Part shown: in pieces, positions 18,809-29,381 of the stretch | How the letters are laid out: each line of letters starts with the position of its first letter | Position numbering within the stretch: the stretch's first letter is position 1 | Origin: Thermoanaerobaculia bacterium | Lineage (GTDB): Bacteria > Acidobacteriota > Thermoanaerobaculia > UBA5066 | Assembly (NCBI GenBank): GCA_963816185.1 | Contig: CAWFJJ010000025.1 | Location: 552,794 to 616,793 of the forward strand | Direction of reading: 5' to 3' | Length of the DNA stretch: 64,000 nt | Notes under the pieces: model-generated | The model's input: only the letters and a program-made list of their open reading frames with translations | What the model was told of the DNA's origin: nothing | Database searches by the model: none | Translations under genes and position numbers: made by a program

Positions 18809-20367
18809 GTGAAACGAAGACGATGACGAGAAACGAGCTCGACGTGAAGGTCGCGGAGCTGGCGGCACGCTACCGGCCGATCGCGGAGAGAATTCTCAGG
18901 GAGGTCGTTCGCATCCCGGCCGATTACGTCGACCGGCCGAAAGATGCCGGCGGCGACCCGAGCTGCGGCCTTTCGAACCACGAGAAGCCGCGGCTCGAGT
19001 ACCTGAAACGCATGATCGTCGAGATCGGCGCGGTCCGCCGTCCCGAAGACGTCGGCTACGACGGCTACGGCAACCTCGTCTGGACGGTCGACGATCTTTC
19101 CGACCGCACCCCTGTGACGGACAAGCGCGTCATCTACTTCGACGGCCACACGGACACGGTCAAGGCCATCCGCCCGGCGTGGCGCGAGAAGACGGGAGGC
19201 GTCGACGCCTACGACGGGCTCGTCGACGCGGCGGCCGTCAAGCGCAACTTCCTCAAGACCGAACTCGGATACCTGCCGCCCGAGTCCGAGTGGGAGCATC
19301 TCGTCTTCGGGCGCGGCTCGGCCGACCAGCTTTCGGGCGTCGTGGCGCAGGTCGTCGCGTCGAAGATCCTCCTGGAGCTCTCGCCGCAGGGCTCGCTGCG
19401 CGGCGCGATCGTCCGTTCCTACGCGACGGTGACCGAAGAGGATAACGACGGCGGAGGACCGCAGTTCCTGATGAAGAAGGTCCTCCCGGGTGCCGGGGCG
19501 GAGCTCGTGCCGGACGTGGTCATCCTCACGGAGGGCACGGGCGACTCCGCGAAAGGAGCGCTCGGGATCTACCGAGGCCAACGCGGCCGCATGCAGATCG
19601 AGGTGAGCGTGACCGGGAAGTCCTGCCACGGCTCGATGCCGTGGGAGGGCCGCAACCCGCTCGAGTGGGGAGCGCCGATCCTCGCCGAGGCCGCGAAACG
19701 GTACAACGCCCGCGACGGCTTCCTCGACCACCCGTTCCTCGGCCACGGCACACGGACGGCCTCGTGGGCTCGACTCGACACGCCGAGCGACTGCGCCGTC
19801 CCCGAACGGTTCATCTTCCGATTCGACCGTCGCCTCACGATCGGGGAGACGCCTGAAAAAGCCGTCGCCGACGTCGAGGGGCTCGCGGCAGTAGCCGCCG
19901 CGCGGGCGGCGGGGCTGGCGGTCGACGTCAGCGTGCCGACGTACGACGAGCCGACGTGGAACGGCTTCATCCTCCACAACCCGCAGATCTACATGGGCTG
20001 GCTCACGCCGGAAGAGCACCCGGCCGTTCAGGCGGCCGTCGCGGCGTATCGCGCCGTCGTGTCTCCGCACGTTCCGGCCGGAGGCCAGCGCGGCGCCCTT
20101 CGCGCCGAGCCGCGCGTGGACCGGTGGATCTTTTCGACGGACGGCGTCGGCTTCCCGATTCGCGTCGACGACGCCTCGATCATCGTTCCCCTGCGCAAGG
20201 CTTGGGTCACGTCAGGCGCCGTGAAGCACCCCGCCATGCTCGGAATCGGGCCGGGCATCGAGCAGAACACACACAAGATCGGCGAGTGCGTCGACTTGCG
20301 CGAGGTCGTGAACGCCGTCGCGCTGCTGGCCCGCTTCCCGAGCGTGTTCGTGGCTGTCTCCGGCTAG
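18805..20367 (+). CDS. ygeY: YgeY-like M20 family amidohydrolase
   Basis: FDGHTDTV, GRGSADQ, EEDNDG, IYRGQRGRM, GKSCHGS, WIFSTDGV. Confidence 0.8.
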   Translation: MSETKTMTRNELDVKVAELAARYRPIAERILREVVRIPADYVDRPKDAGGDPSCGLSNHEKPRLEYLKRMIVEIGAVRRPEDVGYDGYGNLVWTVDDLSDRTPVTDKRVIYFDGHTDTVKAIRPAWREKTGGVDAYDGLVDAAAVKRNFLKTELGYLPPESEWEHLVFGRGSADQLSGVVAQVVASKILLELSPQGSLRGAIVRSYATVTEEDNDGGGPQFLMKKVLPGAGAELVPDVVILTEGTGDSAKGALGIYRGQRGRMQIEVSVTGKSCHGSMPWEGRNPLEWGAPILAEAAKRYNARDGFLDHPFLGHGTRTASWARLDTPSDCAVPERFIFRFDRRLTIGETPEKAVADVEGLAAVAAARAAGLAVDVSVPTYDEPTWNGFILHNPQIYMGWLTPEEHPAVQAAVAAYRAVVSPHVPAGGQRGALRAEPRVDRWIFSTDGVGFPIRVDDASIIVPLRKAWVTSGAVKHPAMLGIGPGIEQNTHKIGECVDLREVVNAVALLARFPSVFVAVSG

Positions 20368-21378
20368 TCAGCGAACGACGCGCGTCGCGGCGCGCGAGAG
20401 CCGGTCCATGATCGTCCGGCCGAGTCCGCGCCGGGGAACCGCGAGAACCAGCAGCTCGCTTCCGCGGCGCCGCGTGCGCAGCGCGGCGAACAGCGCGCGC
20501 GCAATCTCCTCGGGAGAAGAGCCGAGGGAAAGAAATCTTTGCTTCGGAAAGAGAAGAGAAAGACGCGCGGGGCCGAGCACGAGCGCGTTGGGATGCGATG
20601 ACGCATGGGAAATCAGAGAAGATTTTCTTAGAAAGAGAATGAGGGGACGGCTCGGAGCGTAGTGGACGTACCGCGTGCCGGGACTCTGCGCGGCGCGCCT
20701 CTTCACCTTCGAAGAAAGAGCGCCGCCGCCCATTGCGGGGCGCCCGCTCGAAGCGGCAAACCGAAGCCCGGGAATCATCTTTCTAAGAAGATCCCCAGGT
20801 ATCGCCCCTTCCCGCAGGATCCTCGGCGGGTCCAGCGCGACGACGGTGGACTCGACGCCGTGCTTTGTCGATCCGCCATCCAGGACGAAGACGTCCGGGA
20901 AGTCATCTGCAACGTGCCGCGCCGTCGTGGGGCTCGGGCGGCCCGAGACATTCGCGCTCGGCGCGGCGATCGGCACGCCCGCGAGGCGCACGAGATCGCG
21001 CGCGACGCCCTGCGGCATCCGGACGGCAACCGTGTCGAGGCCGGCGGTGACCGAAGAGGGGACCGAAGATTTCTTAGAAAGTATGAGAGTCAGGGGGCCG
21101 GGCCAGAATCGCGCGAGCAGCGCCTTCGCACGGGGCGGAGGCGCCTCTGCCACCTTTCTGAGCATCCTCATGTCGCTCACGTGAACGATCACCGGGTTGT
21201 CTTGGGGCCGGCCCTTCGCCTCGAAGATCCTCGCGACTGCTTTCGCGTCCAGCGCGTTCGCGCCGAGGCCGTAAACCGTCTCCGTCGGGAACGCGACGAG
21301 CTCGCCCCGGCGCAGCCGTGCGGCCGCCGTGCGCAGAGAGCGGGCGCTGACGGGATGGACGTTCTTCGAGCGCGTCAC
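20368..21378 (-). CDS. sua5: L-threonylcarbamoyladenylate synthase (Sua5/TsaC2)
   Basis: VAFPTETVYGLGA, KGRPQDNP, WPGPLT, AAPSANVSG, GVESTV and a C-terminal SUA5 domain (SPG..HYAP). Confidence 0.95.
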   Translation of the reverse strand: MTRSKNVHPVSARSLRTAAARLRRGELVAFPTETVYGLGANALDAKAVARIFEAKGRPQDNPVIVHVSDMRMLRKVAEAPPPRAKALLARFWPGPLTLILSKKSSVPSSVTAGLDTVAVRMPQGVARDLVRLAGVPIAAPSANVSGRPSPTTARHVADDFPDVFVLDGGSTKHGVESTVVALDPPRILREGAIPGDLLRKMIPGLRFAASSGRPAMGGGALSSKVKRRAAQSPGTRYVHYAPSRPLILFLRKSSLISHASSHPNALVLGPARLSLLFPKQRFLSLGSSPEEIARALFAALRTRRRGSELLVLAVPRRGLGRTIMDRLSRAATRVVR

Positions 21379-21436
21379 GCGCGCATCTTAGCGGCGGCCA
21401 TCGCGCTCGCGCGGAGTACACTTCCAAAGCAAGGTC

Positions 21437-22507
21437 GTGCGAGAAAAGAGCAGGTTGGGGTTGCTGTGGCGCCGGGTTCGCGCTCCGCGGTCGAACGGTG
21501 ACGAGGAGGAGCGCATCGGCAAACAGAACGCGGAGCTTCTCGGGGCCCTCCAGAAGTGTCCGGACTCCATCATCGCGACCGACGCGAAAGGTCTGGTGAC
21601 CATGTTCAACGCCGGGGCCGAGGAGCTGTTCGGCTACCGACCCTCGGAGGTCGTCGGCTTCTCGGCGGCGCGCTTCTATCCGACCCGCGAGGTCGCCAAG
21701 GGGATCATGATGGCGTTGCGGGAGGCCCCCGGCGGTCGCCTGCGAAACATCGAGGTCACGGTCCGCCGGAAAGACGGCCTGGACATCCCCGCGTTGATCT
21801 CGCTGACGCTCATCCGAAATGACCGCGGGGAGCAGGCCGGCACGGTCGGCTTCGTCAAGGATCTGATCTCCCAGAAGCAGGCGGAGCGGAAGCAGCAACA
21901 GGAGCTGGAGTACCTCGAGCGGAAGCTGAGCGAGATCATGGAGGTCTCCGAGGCCATGGCGCTCGGAGATTTCACACGCGAGGTCCGGGTCGAGCGCGAC
22001 GACGTCATCGGGAAGCTGGCCGCTTCCTTCAACCAGACGGCGCGGTCCCTCGGAGAGCTCGTGGCCCAGATCCAACGCACGGCCGAACGCATCGTCCGGG
22101 CCACCTCGCTGCAGGCGGAGGGCGCGGGCGGGGAGGAGCGGGTGATGGCGGCGGCCGTCGCCTCGATGAACGGCATCTCCCGGGCGTCGACGCAGATCAC
22201 CGAGATCACGGCGGTCATTGATCGGATCGCGCACCAGACGAATCTGTTGGCCCTCAACGCGGCCATCGAGGCGGCCCGGGCGGGGGAGCAAGGCCGCGGG
22301 TTTGCCGTGGTGGCGCTCGAGGTGCGAAAGCTTGCCGAACGCTCGGCCGAGGCGGCTAAGGAGATCAGGGAGCTCATCCAGGACTCGGTGCAGAAGGTCC
22401 ACGACGGCTGCGAACACGTGGATCTGGCCAGCCGGCTGGTGGGCGAGCAGGCCGACGAGCTGGGACGGATCGTGGGGCGCTTCCAGGTGGCGGGAAAGGG
22501 AGGTTAG
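21437..22507 (+). CDS. Soluble PAS-HAMP methyl-accepting chemotaxis-like protein
   Basis: PAS ([16 protein letters not shown]), HAMP ([13 protein letters not shown]), MCP hairpin [30 protein letters not shown]. No TM segments. Confidence 0.88.
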   Translation: MREKSRLGLLWRRVRAPRSNGDEEERIGKQNAELLGALQKCPDSIIATDAKGLVTMFNAGAEELFGYRPSEVVGFSAARFYPTREVAKGIMMALREAPGGRLRNIEVTVRRKDGLDIPALISLTLIRNDRGEQAGTVGFVKDLISQKQAERKQQQELEYLERKLSEIMEVSEAMALGDFTREVRVERDDVIGKLAASFNQTARSLGELVAQIQRTAERIVRATSLQAEGAGGEERVMAAAVASMNGISRASTQITEITAVIDRIAHQTNLLALNAAIEAARAGEQGRGFAVVALEVRKLAERSAEAAKEIRELIQDSVQKVHDGCEHVDLASRLVGEQADELGRIVGRFQVAGKGG

Positions 22508-22555
22508 GGCGGCCCGGACGCCGGCCAAATGTCGTTCAGCTTGCCTGAAACGTAG

Positions 22556-23809
22556 CTACCGCATCGCCTCCATGGGCGAGAGGCGCGAGGCGCGGATCGC
22601 GGGATAGAGGCCGAACGTGAGCGCGAGGCTGAGGGCGACGATCCACGCCGTCATGAGCCCGAAGGGGTTGACGACGAGCCCCCACGGGAACATGGGCGAG
22701 AGCGCGCGGCAGACGATCGATCCGGCGACCGTGCCGACCGAGGCTCCGAGCGCGGCGAGCACGGCGGCCTCCAGGAGGAACTGGACGAAGATCTCGTGAT
22801 CGGACGCGCCGAGCGACTTGCGCAACCCGATCTCGTAGCGCCGGTCCGAGAACGAGATCAGCATGACCGAGAGGACGCCCACGCCGCCCACGAGGAGGAC
22901 GGTCGCGGCAAGGGAAAGGAGGACGATCCTCCAGCCCCTCATCTCGTCGAGGAAGCGCGCGTACGAGCGGGCGGCCTCGGTATCGAGGTCCTGGATCTCC
23001 ACGTCCTCGATCCCGTGGTGGGCCTGGCGAACGCGTCCCAGGAGAGCCGCGGAGATGTCGGCCAGGTCGTCCTTGTCCCGCAGCTTGACGGCGACCTGCG
23101 TGAGGGCGTGCGTCGTGTCGATGCGGTCCATGTAGGTCTCGAGGGGGATCTGGAAGCCGTTTGCGTCGTACCAGATCTCGTCGTTGAAGATCTGCATCGG
23201 AGCCTGGAGCCCCACGACGCGGAACGGGACGCCCTCGAGGACGACGTCGCGCCCGATGGGATCGGCGCCTCCGAAGAGCTTCGAGGCGAGGGTCGAGCCC
23301 ACGACCGCCACCGTGCTGCGGCGCTTCTGGTCGTCCGCGGTGAGGCCCCGTCCCGAGGCGATCTGCCGGTTCATGAAGAGCGCGTAGTCGTGCGTCACGC
23401 CGGTGACGGAGCACCGCTCCATGCCCGAAAGGGAGCGAACGGATGTGCGCTTCATGGCGCGAGGCAGGAAGGCGAGCACCTTGGGGTTCGCGAGCGTGAT
23501 CCGGGCGAGGTCCTCGTACCTCAGTCCCGGCGACATCGCGAAGCGCTTCTGCTCCTCCGAGGTCTGGGCCACCTTCGGGACGATGACGGCGGTACCGTCC
23601 CAGCTCATCCCCGAGAAGCCCGTCGCGACCTTGTCGAGGACCCCGTCCAGCACCGACGTCATGACGACGAGCGCGAAGACGCCGAGCATGAGGAGCGTGA
23701 GCGTGAGGATCGAGCGCAGCTTGTGGGCCCAGAGCTCGATCAGGCCGCCCGTGACGATCTCCCAGATCAGGGCGAGCCGGGCTCCGAGCGAGAGGGAGCC
23801 GCTACTCAT
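22556..23809 (-). CDS. ABC transporter permease (MacB/FtsX family)
   Basis: HKLRSILT, GGVGVLSVML, EIGLRKSLGA, FGLYPAIRASRLSP. Confidence 0.92.
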   Translation of the reverse strand: MSSGSLSLGARLALIWEIVTGGLIELWAHKLRSILTLTLLMLGVFALVVMTSVLDGVLDKVATGFSGMSWDGTAVIVPKVAQTSEEQKRFAMSPGLRYEDLARITLANPKVLAFLPRAMKRTSVRSLSGMERCSVTGVTHDYALFMNRQIASGRGLTADDQKRRSTVAVVGSTLASKLFGGADPIGRDVVLEGVPFRVVGLQAPMQIFNDEIWYDANGFQIPLETYMDRIDTTHALTQVAVKLRDKDDLADISAALLGRVRQAHHGIEDVEIQDLDTEAARSYARFLDEMRGWRIVLLSLAATVLLVGGVGVLSVMLISFSDRRYEIGLRKSLGASDHEIFVQFLLEAAVLAALGASVGTVAGSIVCRALSPMFPWGLVVNPFGLMTAWIVALSLALTFGLYPAIRASRLSPMEAMR

Positions 23810-25055
23810 ACCGAAGCGCTTCCATCGGGGAGAGGCGGCTGGCCTTCCACGCCGGATAGATCGCGAAGAGGAAGCCGAAGACGAGGGCCAGGAGGAAGGC
23901 CCAGACGAAGCTCTTCGGGTCCATGTAGAGCGGGACCTCGAGGACGCTCGTGATCACCTTCGAGAACGCGACACCGATGAAGAAGCCGACGAACCCGCCG
24001 AGGCCCGTCAGGAGCAGCGCCTCGGTCATGAACTCCTTGAAGACCTCGCGGCCCGAGGCGCCGATCGCCATCTTGACGCCCACCTCGCGCACGCGCTCCT
24101 TGAGCGTCGCGAGCTGGATGTTCACGTTCACCATCCCGCCACCGACGAGCGACAGGATGCCGGAGAGCATGAAGATCAGGTTGTAGACCTGGCCCTGGCT
24201 GCGCCTTTTCCGGACGCGCTTGGCGATGTCGTCGATCCGGAAATCCTCCTGCTGGCGGTGGCTGGACTTCAGGACCGCCGAGAGCCTTTCGCTGAACTTC
24301 TCGATGACGTTGATATCGGGGATCTTGAAGACGACCCGATCCAGCCGGTGGTACGCGTCTCCCTGCATCCGCTCCGCGACGAGGGTCGCCGGCAGTGCGA
24401 CGAGCTTGTTCCGCCAGGCGAAGATGTTTCCCTGGCTGTCGCGGAACCGGAAGACCTTCTCCTTCAGGATGCCGATCACCGTCACCGGGATGTCGCCCAC
24501 GCGGACGACCTGGTTGAGCGCCTCGCCCGTCGGGAAGAAGACGCTCACGGCCTCGTAGCCGAGCACGCACACCGGCGCGGCGGTCTCGACGTCGCGGGAC
24601 GAGAAGAGCCGGCCCTTGTCCAGCGTGTACCCGTTCACGGCGAGATAGTCGGCCGCGACGCCGGTGATCTGGCGGTCCTGATCGGCGAACGGCGACCGCA
24701 CGCGCGCCCGCGCGAACTTCTGAACGCTGACGCCCTGCACGGCTTTCATGTCGACCTTCTCGCCGCGCGAGGCGTCGTCCGCGCGCAGGCCGAGGTTCGC
24801 GTTCTGGAGCGCCGAGGGCTGCGTCCCGTCTTTGATGGCCTCCGACGGCTGGACGTTCAGCTTGTCGAACCCGCCGATCTTCGCGAACAGCTCGTCGGAG
24901 CGGCGCCGCTGGCTGTCCGAGATGGAGAAGCCGCCCAGGACCGACGCTACGCCGAGCATGACCCCGAGCGCCTGGAGGGTCGAGCGGCCGAAGTTCTCCC
25001 GGATCTCGACCCACGCGCTGAAGACGCGCTCGCGGAAGGCGCCGGTCGCGGCCAT
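23802..25055 (-). CDS. ABC transporter permease (MacB/FtsX family)
   Basis: ERVREVGVKMAIGA, YPAWKASRLSPMEALRYE. Confidence 0.92.
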   Translation of the reverse strand: MAATGAFRERVFSAWVEIRENFGRSTLQALGVMLGVASVLGGFSISDSQRRRSDELFAKIGGFDKLNVQPSEAIKDGTQPSALQNANLGLRADDASRGEKVDMKAVQGVSVQKFARARVRSPFADQDRQITGVAADYLAVNGYTLDKGRLFSSRDVETAAPVCVLGYEAVSVFFPTGEALNQVVRVGDIPVTVIGILKEKVFRFRDSQGNIFAWRNKLVALPATLVAERMQGDAYHRLDRVVFKIPDINVIEKFSERLSAVLKSSHRQQEDFRIDDIAKRVRKRRSQGQVYNLIFMLSGILSLVGGGMVNVNIQLATLKERVREVGVKMAIGASGREVFKEFMTEALLLTGLGGFVGFFIGVAFSKVITSVLEVPLYMDPKSFVWAFLLALVFGFLFAIYPAWKASRLSPMEALRYE

Positions 25056-25058
25056 GGC

Positions 25059-25748
25059 CTAGGCGGCGGCCGCTTCCGGCCCGAGGATCAGGCCGTCGCG
25101 CAGCTCGACCTTGCGCTCGGCCATCGCGGCGATGTGGGGATCGTGCGTGACGAGCATGACCGCGTTGCCCTGGCGGTGCAGCTCCTTGAACAGCTCGAGA
25201 ACCTCGGCCCCGGTCTTCGAATCGAGCGCGCCGGTAGGCTCGTCCGCGAGGAGGAGGGCAGGCCTGTTCGCGAGGGCCCGGGCGATGGCGACCCGCTGGC
25301 GCTGGCCGCCCGAGAGCTGCGCGGGGAGAACGTCGGCCTTCTCGGGAATTCCGACCTTCTCGAGCATCTCCATCGCGCGGCTGCGGCGCTCCTTGCGCGA
25401 GAGACCGGCATAGAGCAGCGGCAGCTCGACGTTGCGGAGGATCGAGGCCTTCGGCAGGAGGTTGTAGCTCTGGAAGACGAAGCCGACCTTCTCGTTGCGG
25501 ATTCGCGCGAGCGCGCCGCCCGACAGGCCCTCGACGGACTGGCCGTCGAGCGCGTAGCGGCCCGCGGTGGGGGAGTCGAGGCAGCCCAGGATGGCCATGA
25601 GCGTCGACTTCCCGGAGCCCGACGGCCCGATGAGGGCCACGAACTCGCCCTTCTCGACCACCATGTCGATCCCGCGCAGGGCGTGAACGGCGTTCCCGTT
25701 CGCACCGAAGACCTTCGTCAAGCCGGCTGTCTCAATGATCGTTGACAT
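25059..25748 (-). CDS. ABC transporter ATP-binding protein (MacB/LolD-like)
   Basis: GPSGSGKST, LSGGQRQRVAIARAL, LLADEPTGALD. Confidence 0.96.
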   Translation of the reverse strand: MSTIIETAGLTKVFGANGNAVHALRGIDMVVEKGEFVALIGPSGSGKSTLMAILGCLDSPTAGRYALDGQSVEGLSGGALARIRNEKVGFVFQSYNLLPKASILRNVELPLLYAGLSRKERRSRAMEMLEKVGIPEKADVLPAQLSGGQRQRVAIARALANRPALLLADEPTGALDSKTGAEVLELFKELHRQGNAVMLVTHDPHIAAMAERKVELRDGLILGPEAAAA

Positions 25749-25878
25749 CGTGTTTTTGGTTGGCTGGTCTTTCTTAGAAAGTGAATGCGGCCTTCCGTAC
25801 GCGTCGAGCTTGCCGTGTCAGGCCGCCGCGACCCGCCGCCTATTCATGTTCTAAGAAATCCCCTCTTCTCTCCGGTTC

Positions 25879-27099
25879 CTAGTTGTCGTCGTCTTTCTCT
25901 ACTTTTTTCTTCGTCGGATCCTCGAGGCAGACCTGATCGTTCGCCTTGAGGCCCGTCAGGATCTCCGCCCGCTCGAGCGTCGCGACGCCCGCCTGCACCG
26001 GAACGACATCGAAGTAATCCTTCCAGTGGTCCGAGAGCCAGATGAACTTGGCGCGGCCGGCGAGCCCCTCGCGGGCGTCCGCGAGCTGCTTCGGCTTGAG
26101 GTTGTCCTTGAGGCGGTACACGACCGTCTTTCCCTCGCGACGCTGGAGCGCCTCGAGCGGAACGGATACGGCCTTCTCGCGCTTCTCCCCGAGGATCTCG
26201 ACGTTCGCGCTCATGCCCGTGCGGTAGGCGTCGCCGAGCTCGTCGAGCGAGACCTCGACCGGGAAGACCTTGATCTTGTCCTGCAGCTTCGCCGCGGGCG
26301 CGACGAACCGCACCTTGCCCGTGAAGTTCTTCTGCGGGTACGCGTCGAGCGTGATGCGCACGATCTGGCCGACCCTGACCTTCGCGATGTCGACCTCGTT
26401 GAGATTCACGCGGATGAGGAGCGTCTTGAGGTCCGCCACCGTGAAGAGGACCGTCCCCGCGTTGAACGAGGAGACGCCGGACGTCACCGTCTCGCCGAGC
26501 TCGACGCCCTTCGTGATCACGACGCCCGACATCGGGCTCGTCACGCGCGCGCGCTGCGTGACCGCGTCGCCGCCGATCGGGATGCCGTGCCCCTCGACGA
26601 TCTCGTAGCGCTGGCGCGCGGCCTTGAGGTTCTCGGCCGCGAGATCGCGCTTCGTGACGTAGTCCTTCAGCGTCTCGCCCCCGATGAGGCCGTCCTTGAA
26701 GAGCCGCTCTTGCGACCGGAGCTGCCGCTCGGCGTCCTTCAGGCCGACGTCGGCCTGCGTGACTCCGGCCCTCACGTCGGAGAGCGACTGCGCCTGCGTC
26801 ACGTCGGGCTCGACCTCGGCGAGGAGGTCGCCGGATTTCACGATGGCGCCGTCGCGGACCTTCAGGGCCACGACCCGCCCCGAGACGGCGGACTTGACGT
26901 CGACCTTCGTCTCGGGGTCGACGACGCCGACCTCGCGCACACTCACCTGGAGATCTTCGGTCTGCACCTTCCCGACCCGGAACGGCGACTGGTCGGCTCC
27001 CTTGGCCTTGTCCTTGCCGCGCGAGGCGAAGACGGCCCCTCCGCCCGCGAGCAGGATCACGCCAGCGGACGCCAGGATCCATTTGAGTTTCTTGGACAT
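25879..27099 (-). CDS. Periplasmic adaptor (MacA/HlyD-like membrane fusion protein)
   Basis: N-terminal TM, VKSAVSGRV, VTSPMSGVV, LNEVDIAKVRVGQ, RTGMSANV. Confidence 0.92.
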   Translation of the reverse strand: MSKKLKWILASAGVILLAGGGAVFASRGKDKAKGADQSPFRVGKVQTEDLQVSVREVGVVDPETKVDVKSAVSGRVVALKVRDGAIVKSGDLLAEVEPDVTQAQSLSDVRAGVTQADVGLKDAERQLRSQERLFKDGLIGGETLKDYVTKRDLAAENLKAARQRYEIVEGHGIPIGGDAVTQRARVTSPMSGVVITKGVELGETVTSGVSSFNAGTVLFTVADLKTLLIRVNLNEVDIAKVRVGQIVRITLDAYPQKNFTGKVRFVAPAAKLQDKIKVFPVEVSLDELGDAYRTGMSANVEILGEKREKAVSVPLEALQRREGKTVVYRLKDNLKPKQLADAREGLAGRAKFIWLSDHWKDYFDVVPVQAGVATLERAEILTGLKANDQVCLEDPTKKKVEKDDDN

Positions 27100-27174
27100 G
27101 CAGGACCTCTCGTCGGGATATACGGATGCGAGCGGCGAAAGTTCGCGAATTTCCCAGGCACCTACAATCCCCGG

Positions 27175-28017
27175 ATGGACGAGGCGCGGATCCGGCAGCG
27201 TGTGGCCGCGGCGAGGCGGATCGTGGTCAAGGCCGGGACGAACGTGATCATGCGCGACGACGGCGCAGTCGCGCTGGGGCGCCTCTATGGGCTCATCGAA
27301 TCCGTCGCGAGCCTCAAGAAACAGGGGCGGCACGTCCTGATCGTCTCGTCGGGAGCCGTGGGGCTCGGGGCGCAGCGGCTGCGGCTGGGAAGAAGGCCGG
27401 GCTCGCTCACCCTCAAGCAGGCCTGCGCCGCCATCGGGCAGAGCCGGCTCATGTCCGTGTACGAGGAGGGGTTCGAGAAGATGGGCCTCCTCACGGCGCA
27501 GGTCCTCCTCACTGAAGACGATTTCATGGACCGGACGCGCTTCCAGAACCTCTCGGCGACGCTCGAGAAGCTCTTCGAGCTCGATGCCGTGCCGATCCTC
27601 AACGAGAACGACACGGTCTCGACGCTCGAGCTGGAAGCTCCCGACGGGACAGGCGTGCGCGGCCTCTTCGGCGACAACGACCGGCTCTCGGCGCTCGTCA
27701 TGAGCAAGGTGAAGGCGGACGTCCTCGTGATCCTCTCCGACGTGGACGGCCTCTTCACGGGGAACCCGGCGCACGACCGCACGGCCACGCTCATCCCCGT
27801 GGTCCGCGAGATCACGGAAGAGATCGCGCGGCACGCCGACGGCGGAAGCGGGCGCGGCGGCATGGCCTCGAAGCTGGACGCGGCGAGGATCGCGACGGGC
27901 TCGGGCGGCGTCGCGGTCATCGCGAACGGGCGGACGCCGGGAGTCCTCGACCGGCTCTTCGCCGGGGAGGCCGTCGGCACCGTGTTCGGTCCGAAGGCCG
28001 GGGCGAGAGACCGATGA
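27175..28017 (+). CDS. proB: Glutamate 5-kinase (no PUA domain)
   Basis: RIVVKAGT, VSSGAVGLG, QACAAIGQ, PILNENDTV, FGDNDRLSA, GRGGMASK. Confidence 0.95.
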   Translation: MDEARIRQRVAAARRIVVKAGTNVIMRDDGAVALGRLYGLIESVASLKKQGRHVLIVSSGAVGLGAQRLRLGRRPGSLTLKQACAAIGQSRLMSVYEEGFEKMGLLTAQVLLTEDDFMDRTRFQNLSATLEKLFELDAVPILNENDTVSTLELEAPDGTGVRGLFGDNDRLSALVMSKVKADVLVILSDVDGLFTGNPAHDRTATLIPVVREITEEIARHADGGSGRGGMASKLDAARIATGSGGVAVIANGRTPGVLDRLFAGEAVGTVFGPKAGARDR

Positions 28018-28050
28018 GGGAAGGACGAGGAGGATTTCTTAGAAGGGAAT

Positions 28051-29355
28051 ATGGGACCGGTTGAGATCGCGGAGCGCGCTCGAGTCGCCGCGAGGCGCCT
28101 CGCGTCACTGTCTTCCGAGACCAAGGATCTCGTCCTTCGAAGAGTCGCCGACGGGATCGATGCGGCGCGAGACGCGATCCTCGAGGCGAACCGCGTGGAC
28201 GTGCTCGAGGCCCGCACCACTTTCGAGGAAATCGCTCTCTCGCGTTCTCTCCTCGACCGCCTCGTCCTCGACGACACGAAGCTGGACGCGATGGCCGCGG
28301 GCGTCCGCGCCGTCGCCGCGCTCGCCGATCCTGTCGGGCGCGTGCTCTCGCGCACGCTGCTCGACGACGGCCTCGTTCTCGAGAAGGTGACGTGTCCTCT
28401 GGGCGTCCTCCTCGTCATCTTCGAGTCGCGTCCCGACGCGGTCGTGCAGATCGGCTCTTTGGCTTTCAAGTCGGGCAACGCGGCGATCCTCAAGGGCGGG
28501 CGGGAGTCCGCCCGGTCCACGGAGGCGCTGCTGGACGTGTTCACGAAGGTTCTCGCGGACTTCCCCGACATCCCCGAAGGCGCGCTCTCCTCCGTGGCCG
28601 GCCGGGCTGAAGTGGACGCGCTCCTCGCGCTCGACGAGTCCATCGACCTCGTGATCCCGCGGGGCGGCTACGAGCTCGTCAAGCACGTCCAGGCGCACAC
28701 GCGCATCCCGGTCCTCGGCCACACGGAGGGCGTCTGCCACGTCTACGTGGATCGCGCTGCGGACGAGAGGATGGCGACGGCGATCGTCCTCGACAGCAAG
28801 CTCCAGTACGCGGCGGCGTGCAACGCGATCGAGACGCTTCTCGTCCACCGAGAGGCCGCCAGTCGCTTTCTCGTTCCGCTGCTCGGTCGGCTCCTCGAGG
28901 CCGGCGTGGAGATCCGTGCCTGTGAGGAAACGCGAGCTCTCGCGCCGCCGCTCGTCCTCGCACCGGCCTCGGAGGAGGACTGGCGCATGGAGTACGGCGG
29001 CCCCGTACTCGCGGTGAGGATCGTGAATTCCCTGGACGAGGCGGTCGATCACGTCAACCGTTACGGCTCGCACCACACCGAGGCCATCGTCACCTCCGAC
29101 AAGACAGCCGCCGAGGCTTTCCTTTCCCGCGTGGACGCGGCGGGCGTCTTCCACAACGCCTCCACGCGCTTCGCCGACGGCTTTCGCTACGGCTTCGGGG
29201 CGGAGGTCGGAATCTCGACGAGCCGTATCCACGCCCGCGGTCCGGTCGGCCTCGACGGGCTCGTGACGTACAAATACGTCCTCAGGGGCAACGGCCAGAT
29301 CGTGTCGACGTACAGCGGGAAAGACGCCCGCCCGTTCCGGCATCAGCGGCTCTGA
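28051..29355 (+). CDS. proA: Gamma-glutamyl phosphate reductase
   Basis: IFESRPD, KSGNAAILKGG, CNAIETLL, YGSHHTEAI, NASTRFADG, HARGPVGL. Confidence 0.97.
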   Translation: MGPVEIAERARVAARRLASLSSETKDLVLRRVADGIDAARDAILEANRVDVLEARTTFEEIALSRSLLDRLVLDDTKLDAMAAGVRAVAALADPVGRVLSRTLLDDGLVLEKVTCPLGVLLVIFESRPDAVVQIGSLAFKSGNAAILKGGRESARSTEALLDVFTKVLADFPDIPEGALSSVAGRAEVDALLALDESIDLVIPRGGYELVKHVQAHTRIPVLGHTEGVCHVYVDRAADERMATAIVLDSKLQYAAACNAIETLLVHREAASRFLVPLLGRLLEAGVEIRACEETRALAPPLVLAPASEEDWRMEYGGPVLAVRIVNSLDEAVDHVNRYGSHHTEAIVTSDKTAAEAFLSRVDAAGVFHNASTRFADGFRYGFGAEVGISTSRIHARGPVGLDGLVTYKYVLRGNGQIVSTYSGKDARPFRHQRL

Positions 29356-29381
29356 AGGAGTGATCGGGAGCAGTCACTCGT

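Noticed and set aside
20625-20633. Similarity of TTCTWAGAA to eukaryotic STAT (TTCN3GAA) sites
   Set aside because: All genes here are bacterial, so the resemblance is treated as coincidental.
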